Below are positions 52,882 through 64,000 of a DNA stretch of 64,000 nucleotides, one piece after another. A program made the translations under genes and the position numbers. Position 1 is the stretch's first letter. Every line of letters begins with the position of its first letter. A model generated the notes under the pieces. That model had not been told where the DNA came from, ran no database searches, and was given only the letters and a program-made list of their open reading frames with translations. The stretch is from Octopus sinensis (taxonomy: Eukaryota): the NCBI RefSeq assembly GCF_006345805.1, contig NC_042999.1:99324001-99388000 (forward strand). The letters run 5' to 3'.

Positions 52882-53951
52882 ACATATACATATATATACA
52901 TATATATACATATACATATACATATATATATACATATATATACATATACATATATATACATATACATATACATATATATATACATATATATACATATACA
53001 TATACATACATATACATATATATATATATACATATACATACATATACATATATATATATATACATATACATACATATACATATATATATATATACATATA
53101 CATACATATACATATATATATATATACATATACATACATATACATATATATATATACATATACATACATATACATATATATATATATACATATACATACA
53201 TATACATATATATATATATACATATACATACATATACATATATATATATACATATACATACATATACATATATATATATACACATATACATATATATACA
53301 TATATATACATATACATACATATACATATACATACATATACATATACATACATATACATATACATATATATACATATACATATACATACATATACATATA
53401 TATACATATACATATATATACATATACATATATATACATATACATATATATACATATACATATATATACATATACATATATATACATATACATATATATA
53501 CATATACATATATATATACATATATATACATATACATACATATACATATATATACTATACATATATATACATATACATATACATATATACATAATATATA
53601 TACATATACATATATATACATATACATATATATACATATACATATATATACATATACATATATATACATATACATATATATACATATACATATATATACA
53701 TATACATATATATACATATACATATATATACATATACATATATATACATATACATATATATACATATACATATATATACATACACATATATATATATACA
53801 TATACATATATATACATACACACATATATATATACATATACATATATATACATATACATATATATACATATACATATATATACATATACATATATATACA
53901 TACATATATATATATATACATATATATAATATACATATATATATATATACA

Positions 53952-54030
<79 letters not shown>

Positions 54031-54079
54031 CATATATATATATAACATATATATATATATACATATATATATATTATAC

Positions 54080-54110
<31 letters not shown>

Positions 54111-54359
54111 CATATATATATTATACATATATATATATATACCTATATATATATATACATATATATATATATACATTATATTATATACTAAATATATAAT
54201 ATACATATATATATATATACATATATATATAATACATATATATATATAATACATATATATATATACATATATATATATATCATATATAATATATACATAT
54301 ATATATATATAATACATATATATATATATACTATATATAATATACATATATATATATAC

Positions 54360-54408
<49 letters not shown>

Positions 54409-55589
54409 CATATATATATATCATATATATATATATATACATATATATATACATATATATACATATATATATATATACAATTATACATATTATATATATA
54501 CATTATATACATATATATATATACAATATATACATATATATATATCATATATATACATAATATATATATACAATACATATATATACATATACATATACAT
54601 ACATATATATATATATACATATATATACATATATATATATATACATATACATATATATACATATACATACATATATATATATATACATATACATATATAT
54701 ACATATACATATATATATACATATACATACATACATATATATACATATACATACATACATATATATACATATACATACATACATATATATACATATACAT
54801 ATATATATACATATACATATATATATACATATACATACATACATATATATACATACATACATATATATACATATACATACATACATATATATACATATAC
54901 ATACATACATATATATACATATACATACATACATATATATACATATACATACATACATATACATACATATACATACATACATATATATACATATACATAC
55001 ATACATATATATACATATACACATATATATATATATACATATACATACATATATATACATATACATATACATACATATATATATATATACATATACATAT
55101 ACATACATACATATATATATATATACATATACATATATATACATATACATATATATATATATATACATATATATACATATACATATATATATATATACAT
55201 ATACATATATATACATATACATACATATATATATATACATATATATATATATACATATACATACATATATATATATATATACATATATATACATATACAT
55301 ATATATACATATACATATATTACATATACATACATATATATAATATACATATACATACATATATATATATATACATATACATACATATATAATATATATA
55401 CATATACATATATATATACATATACATATACATATATATATACATATACATACATATATATATATATATACATATACATACATATATATATATATACATA
55501 TACATATATATACATATACATACACATATATATACATATACATACACATATATATACATATACATACATATATATATATATACATATAC

Positions 55590-55620
<31 letters not shown>

Positions 55621-56801
55621 CATATACATACATATACATACATATATATATATATACATATACATATATATATATATACATATACATATATATATATATA
55701 CATATACATATACATATATATATATATACATATACATACATATACATACATATACATACATATACATATATATACATATACATATATATATACATATACA
55801 TACATATACATATATATATATATACATATACATACATATACATATATATATATATATACATATACATACATATACATATATATATATATATACATATACA
55901 TACATATACATATATATATATATACATATACATACATATACATATATATATATACATATACATACATATATATATATACATATACATACATATATATATA
56001 TACATATATATATATACATATACATACATATATATATACATATACATACATATATATATATACATATACATACATATATATATATACATATACATACATA
56101 CATATATATACATATACATACATACATATATATACATATACATACATACATATATATACATATACATACATACATATATACATATACATACATACATATA
56201 TATACATATACATATACATACATACATATATATATATACATATATACATATACATACATACATATATATATATATACATATACATATATATACATATATA
56301 TATATATACATATACATATATATATATACATATATATATAATACATATACATATATATACATATTACATATATATATATATACATATATATATATACATA
56401 TATATATATACATATACATATATATATATATACATATACATATATATATATACATATACATATATATATATATACATATACATATATATATACATATACA
56501 TATATATATACATATATATATACATATACATATATATATATACATATAATATACATATACATATATATATACATATATATATACATATATATTACATATA
56601 CATACATACATATATATATACATATATATATATATACATAACATACATACATATATATATACATACATACATACATATTATATACATATCATACATACAT
56701 ATATATATACATATATATATCATATACATACATACATATATATATATACATATATAATATACATATACTACATACATATATATATACATATATATATACA
56801 T

Positions 56802-56834
<33 letters not shown>

Positions 56835-57620
56835 CTATACATATACATACATATATATTATACATATACATACATACATATATATATATACATATATATA
56901 TACATATACATACATACATATATATATATACATATACATATACATATACATACATACATATATATATATACATATACATATACATACATACATATATATA
57001 TATATACATATACATATACATACATACATATATATATATACATATACATATATATATACATACATACATATTATATATATACATATACAATATATATACA
57101 TATACATATACATACATACATATATATATATATACATATACAATATATATACATATACATATATATAATATACATATACATATATATATATACATATATA
57201 TATAATATACATATACATATATATATTACATATACATACATACATATATATATAACATATACATACATATATATATACATATACATACATATACATATAT
57301 AATATATATATATAATACATACATATATAATACATATATATATACATATATATAATATATACATATACATATATATTATACATATACATATATATATACA
57401 TATACATATATATATACATATACATACATACATATATATATATATATACATACATACATACATACATATACATATACAATATATACATATACATATACAT
57501 ATATATACATACATACATATACATATATATATATACATATACATATACATACATACATATATATATATATACATATACATATACATACATACATATATAT
57601 ATATATACATATATATATAA
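52820..57620. repeat. ~4.8-kb (TA)/(TACA)/(TACATA)n satellite
   Basis: Direct reading. Confidence 0.97.
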
Positions 57621-57777
57621 TAATAATAAATATAAGAGAGTGGTCACTATATGGCTCACTCCAGCACCAGTTAATCCAAAAGGTTTCAACCACTAAAAAT
57701 ACATGTTTCCCATGAAAGTCAGTACGATTGTTAGCTCACACGGACAGGGCAAATAAAAAATAACAAAATACAGATTA

Positions 57778-57858
57778 TTTTGGGACAATTGTTTCGCTAT
57801 TAATGAATTAAATGTAATTTTACTTACAAAAAATCCACTTGTAGCTCATCGGCCAAAA
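57778..57858 (-). ncRNA. Type I hammerhead ribozyme (U4C core), inverted copy
   Basis: Reverse complement of 58156-58237. Confidence 0.75.
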
Positions 57859-58155
57859 CTATCTGGATGAAATCCACTCAATCACACGCCAGATTTTACC
57901 ATAACGATAAATACGCGTGTGGTTCAATTGATTACATCCGACGTTATAATTCAAATGCCCCAACTAACAGCGCGCCAAACTTTCACGGAAAACAAATACA
58001 GCATTTAGAAATAAATGCAGCATAATTATAATTAATTAATAAGGGTGAGAGAATTAGATACTAATTTAATAGTATATCCTTTCAACACCAAGTGGCCTAG
58101 TATTTATCGTTATGGTAAAATCTGGCGTGTGATTGAGTGGATTTCATCCAGATAG

Positions 58156-58237
58156 TTTTGGCCGATGAGCTACAAGTGGATTTTTTTGTAAGTAAAATTA
58201 CATTTAATTCATTAATAGCGAAACAATTGTCCCAAAA
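58156..58237 (+). ncRNA. Type I hammerhead ribozyme (U4C core variant)
   Basis: UUUUGG-CCGAUGA-GCUA...UAGC-GAAA-CAAUUG-UC^CCAAAA. 6-bp stem I, palindromic ACAAUUGU helix III, GUC site at 58229-58231. Confidence 0.78.
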
Positions 58238-58521
58238 TAATCTGTATTTTGTTATTTTTTATTTGCCCTGTCCGTGTGAGCTAACAATCGTACTGACTTT
58301 CATGGGAAACATGTATTTTTAGTGGTTGAAACCTTTTGGATTAACTGGTGCTGGAGTGAGCCATATAGTGACCACTCTCTTATATTTATTTTGTAAAAAT
58401 ATTATAATATGTTATAAAATATTATAATAATCCAGGTTTCTCGGAGCACTAGGCCACTTGGTGTTGAAAGGATATACTATTAAATTAGTATCTAATTCTC
58501 TCACCCTTATTAATTAATTAT

Positions 58522-58581
58522 TTATACATATATATATATACATATACATATATATACATATACATATATATATACATATAC

Positions 58582-58628
<47 letters not shown>

Positions 58629-59176
58629 CATATACATATATATATCATATACATACATACATATACATATACATATATATACATATACATATATATATAC
58701 ATATACATACATACATATACATATACATATATATCATATACATATACATATATATATATACATATACTATACATATATATATATATACATATAATATATA
58801 TACATATACATATATATATATATATATAATACATACATATATAATATACATATATATATATATACATATACATATATATATATATACATATACATATATA
58901 TATATATACATATATACATATTATATATACATATAATATATACATATATATATATTACATATATATATAATATACATACATACATATATATATATATAAC
59001 ATATATATATATATAACATATACATACATACATATATATATATACATATATATATCTATACATATACATACATAATATATATACATATACATATACATAT
59101 ACATACATACATATATATATACATATACATATACATACATACATATATATATATACATATACATATACATACATAC

Positions 59177-59208
<32 letters not shown>

Positions 59209-59220
59209 ATACATACATAC

Positions 59221-59252
<32 letters not shown>

Positions 59253-59722
59253 ATAATATACATATATATATACATATACATATATATATACATATACATA
59301 CATACATATATATATACATATATATAATATATATATATATACATATACATATATATATATATATACATTATATATATACATATACATATATATATACATA
59401 TACATACATACATATATATATATACATATATACATATATATATATACATATACATTATATATACATATACATATATATATATACATATACATATATATAT
59501 ACATATACATATATATATACATATAATATATATATACAATACATATATATATACATACATACATATATATATATATATACATACATACATACATACATAT
59601 ATACATATACATATATACATATACATATACATATATATACATATACATATATATACATATACATATATATACATATACATATATATACATATACATATAT
59701 ATACATATACATATACATACAT

Positions 59723-59761
<39 letters not shown>

Positions 59762-59775
59762 TGTATGTGTGTGTG
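58522..59775. repeat. ~1.25-kb (TA)/(TACA)n satellite
   Basis: Direct reading. Confidence 0.97.
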
Positions 59776-59950
59776 TTTGTCCCCCTAGCATTGCTTGACA
59801 ACCGATGCTGGTGTATTTATGTCCCCGTTACTTAGCGGTTCGGCAAAAGACACCGATAGAATAAGTACTGGGCTTACAAAAAGAATAAGTCCCGGGGGTC
59901 TAGTTGCTCGATTAAAGGCGATGCTCCAGCATGGCCGTGGTCAAGAGTAA
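59775..59950 (+). mobile_element. SINE family 2 tail
   Basis: gcttgacaaccgatgctggtg..gatagaataagtact..ctccagcatggccg, matching the tail of 42555-42992. Confidence 0.9.
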
Positions 59951-60327
59951 CATTAAAAGTAAAATATGTTTTATATGACACATTAGGGTTAGGGTTACGG
60001 TTAGTGTCCGAAGGTTGAAAGTGTTTAGTTACAAAAAATTTATTTCTCGATCTGCCGTTCTAAGGGTAAAGATCCCTTATATTATTTAATTAAACTCTTT
60101 ACAAACTAGAAGGGTTATGGGTCAAGAGGAAAATACATCAATCAAATGTTGGGAAGGCCATCGGTTGAATAAAACAACATTGTTCCTCAACAGAACAATA
60201 AGGCTCTATAGTTAGGGGGAAATTTACCCATTCAGTTTCAAAACTCAGGTGGGGCCAAAAGAGGTCTCTACACATACATACGTATACACACACACACACA
60301 CACATACATATATCCAGACAACTTCAG

Positions 60328-60385
<58 letters not shown>

Positions 60386-61237
60386 TTATATATATATATA
60401 TATATATATACCGCTTGGATCGCTTTCAATGCCACTACGTCCCGTCCGATTCGCTCCAAAATTTACAGGGACATGTAGAAATAGGTGACGAAGCTCGTGG
60501 GCTACCTTAGAAATCCTATCTTAAAAGGTGTAGTTGCTAGGGGCCATCTTCCTCACTCACGCTATTTCCTCCAGTACACTCTCCTTCATTTATAACTTTG
60601 ATAAGGCCACTACCGTTATTTAAAGTATCTGTCACTCTCGCTATTTCCTCTCTTTTTCACTCACTCTGTTTCTTACCTTCCCATTACATCGGCGTTCTTT
60701 TACGTATCTGTCTGTCACCAACAACACACGAGCATGAGAACAAATATTATGAATCAGATATTCTTGCGTTCATTTATATTTATGTGTGTGTGTGTGTGTG
60801 TTCTATATATAAATATGTATATATAATGTATATATACAAAGTGTATATATCTGTATTTATGTATATTAAACTTTTTCATACTTATATATATTTTTAAACA
60901 AATTATAAATATAATAATTTTTATTTTCAATTTAATTTAAATTTTTCAATTTTATATATTATATTTTTTTTAATGTTTTTGTTTTTTCACTGTTTGATTT
61001 CCCTAAAAATTCCATTTTTCATTTTTATGATTATACCCAGAGTGCTCTAATCGAATATGAACTGTCTTACCATTGGCGGACGTTTGTTTTTTTTTATTTT
61101 TGAAACAAACACGTTGCCTCTTTCGTTTTAAAACAATACTACCTTAATACATTGGTCCAACAAACAAAACATCACCCACTCTCATTCTTTTATGTATTTG
61201 AGAATGTGTGTGTTTCCCTAAAACTTGAGAACTACAA

Positions 61238-61279
61238 GGCTCGGCTCGGCTCGGCTCGGCTCGGCTCGGCTCGGCTCGG
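61238..61279. repeat. (GGCTC)n pentanucleotide repeat
   Basis: Direct reading. Confidence 0.95.
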
Positions 61280-62120
61280 AATTTTAATTACATAGAGAAC
61301 TGTAGCGTGAAGGCAGCATATAAGAAAACCAACTCTTCCACAGTTGTTGGCAGTTTTACTTACTCCGCATAGCAACAATATGTGTGTTCGTCAAAGCAAT
61401 TGCTCCCCCAAAGCAAATTAGATAAAATTTGCGATACGTGGAACGTCAAAGCTGCTAACATAATCAGGACAGTAAAAATCTTCGGTAGGGGCTGTGTAAC
61501 CCTAACGAGGTGACGTGGTGAACGCTGGAGAAAGAAAGCTTTGTCAAGAGACAGACGGGAATGCATGAACGAAAAGAAAAAGAAATACATTTAGAAATAG
61601 ATCTATAGTTATTGAGGACAGAATTTCTGTTAGAAATAGAGAACTTTGAATTATGCATAAAGCGCTGACTTACATTCGGGGCTTCCAATTTCTCTGTAAA
61701 ATATAAGATTGTCTCAAAATCATCGCACATGTCACCATCGCTTACAAACGCCGGTGGAAGATAAACGTTCCAGAGGACATTCTTGTTCTTTCGTTCGTAC
61801 AAGGATCGTATTATGTTTCGGCTTAAAATAAATTACAGATATAAATATAATGTATAGAAATATATAAAAACCAGAATAGAAAATAAACGTCTTAGGCATA
61901 TAAAATGAGATAAAATGAGATATCAAGGTGTTATAAACGTGAAACTTACTAGAATATCATAGATTATATATATCAAGTCATGCAGTCAGTTCTGTCCAAT
62001 TTTACCTTTTTAGATTTGAATGAAATTTAATAGTATTTGCAAATGTCTAATTCAATAAAAAATTATTTTTATGCATTTGTGTACGTTTAAACCGATTCAA
62101 TATTGTTTTACAAAATAATA

Positions 62121-63459
62121 GACGGTGTCCACAAAGTCTGCGTACATGGGAATTAACATATACTTTTAAAACAAAACAATTTTATTTAATTATGTTAATA
62201 AATAATATTTTCAAAGTGATTTCCATCATTTTTCAATGCATAACTTGATGCGCCTTGCAAAATTCAGGTGAACTTGATTAAATAAGTCTACATTGCCATC
62301 AATTTCAGCACACTGACTGGTAATGCGTTCTCTCATGTGTTTTAAATCTGTAATCTTTATTGAGTAAACTTTCTCTTTCAACATACCACAGAAAAAGAAA
62401 TCAAGGGGAGAAAGGTCTGGTGAACGAGGGGACCATTCCATATGACCCCTTCTTCCAATCTAGTGAGGAGGAAAAGTGTCATTAAATCAATCTCTAACAG
62501 TTGTGGCAAAATGGGTAGGGGCCCCTTCCTGCTGAAACCAATTCGGAAGGCCCTCGCCTAGGCGCTCAATTTAAGATATTAATTTGTCTCTCAATATATT
62601 TGCATAAGTCTCATCCGTTACATGTTCAATGAAGAAGGGTCCTAGAACATGAGTTTTCCAAAAACCACACCACACCATCACCTTTTTGCTGTCTTGCTGT
62701 TTGGATAGATCCATCCAATGTGGATTACCTCGAGACCAGTATAGAAGATTCTGTCTGTTGACCTCACCATTTACATAAAACGTAGCTTTGTCACTGAACA
62801 ACACAAAGTTTTTCGTAAAATTGATATTTTCATCCAATTTATCTGAAAACCATTCGCACGTCTACATTCGTCTATCAGGATCGTCTTCATTTAAGTGATG
62901 CAATATCTGTAGGTTGTATCGATGAAACTTTTCCTCAACCAGCATTTTGTGGATGGTTGGTTTTGGAACACCTAACACCGTAGATGTCCGACGAAGTGAT
63001 TTTTGGGGGCTAGCTAGCAGAAACTTTAGCCTCGACAGCCTCTTTAGTTTCATCTGAAATCTTTGGTCGCCCGGAACGTGGTTTATCCGAAACACTGCCT
63101 GTTTCTTTAAATTTCTTGATCAATTTCCTGACGGCAGTAAAATAAATAGGTTGCCTACAAGGGTGTGGAAGATTAAATTCTTCCGCAATTTTGCGATAAG
63201 ACCATCCCTCTCGTCCACTTAATAATACTAACTCGATTCTTCCTTCTTTAGACAGATTCATCATTCGATCTGGGATTCTTTCTTCTTTAGACAGAGCCAT
63301 CATTCGATCATCTGTAGAAAAAATAACAAATAAATTTAGAAAAGTAAAGTATTTTTTTATTTAATTTAAACAAAAGTAAAAAAGGAAAATTATTGTTTCT
63401 TATATTTATTTGTTTATGTTATGATTTTATTCCATAAACCCAGACTTCGTGGACACCCT
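62121..63459 (-). mobile_element. Tc1/mariner superfamily DD41D (rosa/VS-type) transposon, transposase pseudogene
   Basis: ETGSVSDKPRSGRP, LFSD(K)ATF and WFQQ(E)GAPTH..WSPRSPDLSPLDF with 41-aa spacing. TIRs GGTGTCCACAAAGTCTG / CAGACTTCGTGGACACC. In-frame stops. Confidence 0.92.
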
Positions 63460-63488
63460 AAAATTGCTTTGATTAAAACCCTTTCAAC

Positions 63489-64000
63489 ATGGAAGTATCC
63501 AAGGAGCATTTAAGGCACATATAATTCTTTATGAGTACAATAAAGGTAACTCTGCAGCCGAAGTGACTCGAAACATACACTCAGTTTATGGGAAAGTGCT
63601 CGAATGAAAGAACTTGCAGGAGATCGTCTGCAAAATTGAAGATGAATATCGAACAGGATGTCCAGTTGAGTTTGATAAGCTCCTTGAGGCATTACTTGAA
63701 GAAAATCCGTCATTATCAGTTGAAGAATTGGCAATAAAGCTTACTTCAAACCATACAACAGTTCATCGTCATCTTCAACAACGTGGAAAGATTCCTAAAC
63801 TTGGAAAATAGGTGCCTTATGTATTGTCCGAAAGCAACCGCAAATCCCGAGTTAGCTTCTGCTCTTCTCTCCAGTCTCGCAAACTCATTTCACCCTTTTT
63901 CGATAGACTTGTGATGAAAAATGGATTTTCTATCGAAATGTTAAACGTCGTAAACAGTGGCTTGGTAAAAGGGAAAATTCTCAACCACAACCGAGAAGGG
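63489..64000 (+). mobile_element. Mariner transposase pseudogene, 5' part (runs off the window)
   Basis: MEVSKEHLRH..LYEYNKGNSAAE..RNIHSVYG, K*VPYVLS and CDEKWIFY, with frameshifts. Confidence 0.88.

Larger units (their letters stand above)
57625..58521. mobile_element. PLE-type pseudo-LTR cassette with two interleaved inverted repeats
   Basis: ~57625-57914 is the reverse complement of ~58099-58390, and ~58028-58100 is the reverse complement of ~58448-58521. Both long arms carry a hammerhead. Confidence 0.85.

Noticed and set aside
58268-58320. Possible second hammerhead (CCGTGTGAGCTA..GAAACATGTA)
   Set aside because: The core is broken and there is no stem I or stem II support.
52640-59801. 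Very long ORFs (up to 832 aa) of Y/I/M/C/V/H/T
   Set aside because: They are translations of (TA/TACA)n satellite, which lacks stop codons by composition.

Overview
AT-rich, microsatellite-dense eukaryotic DNA. The SINE families and (TA/TACA)n load point to an Octopus-like cephalopod (inference). No intact, recognisable protein-coding gene is present, and most long ORFs in the track are translated microsatellites. The window is mainly decayed transposons: three Penelope-like element (PLE) bodies, R4/Dong-type RLE LINE fragments in (TAA)n, two mariners, a DD41D element, pogo/Tc2- and piggyBac-type MITEs, a non-autonomous Helitron and many tRNA-derived SINEs. There are also a few candidate exons and one promoter-like motif cluster. 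The main signal is RNA structure. There are eight type I hammerhead-ribozyme-like motifs of the PLE type. There is also a hammerhead-like motif whose three strands lie in a NON-circularly permuted order; two diverged versions (10486-10552 +, 228-295 -) show compensatory changes in all three stems, and one sits in a ~790-bp tandem unit. Also notable are an inverted intronic copy of a candidate exon (possible ADAR editing-complementary sequence), several microsatellite-anchored inverted or tandem duplications, and a SINE whose head and tail are ~7 kb apart. All alignments and folds were done by eye.
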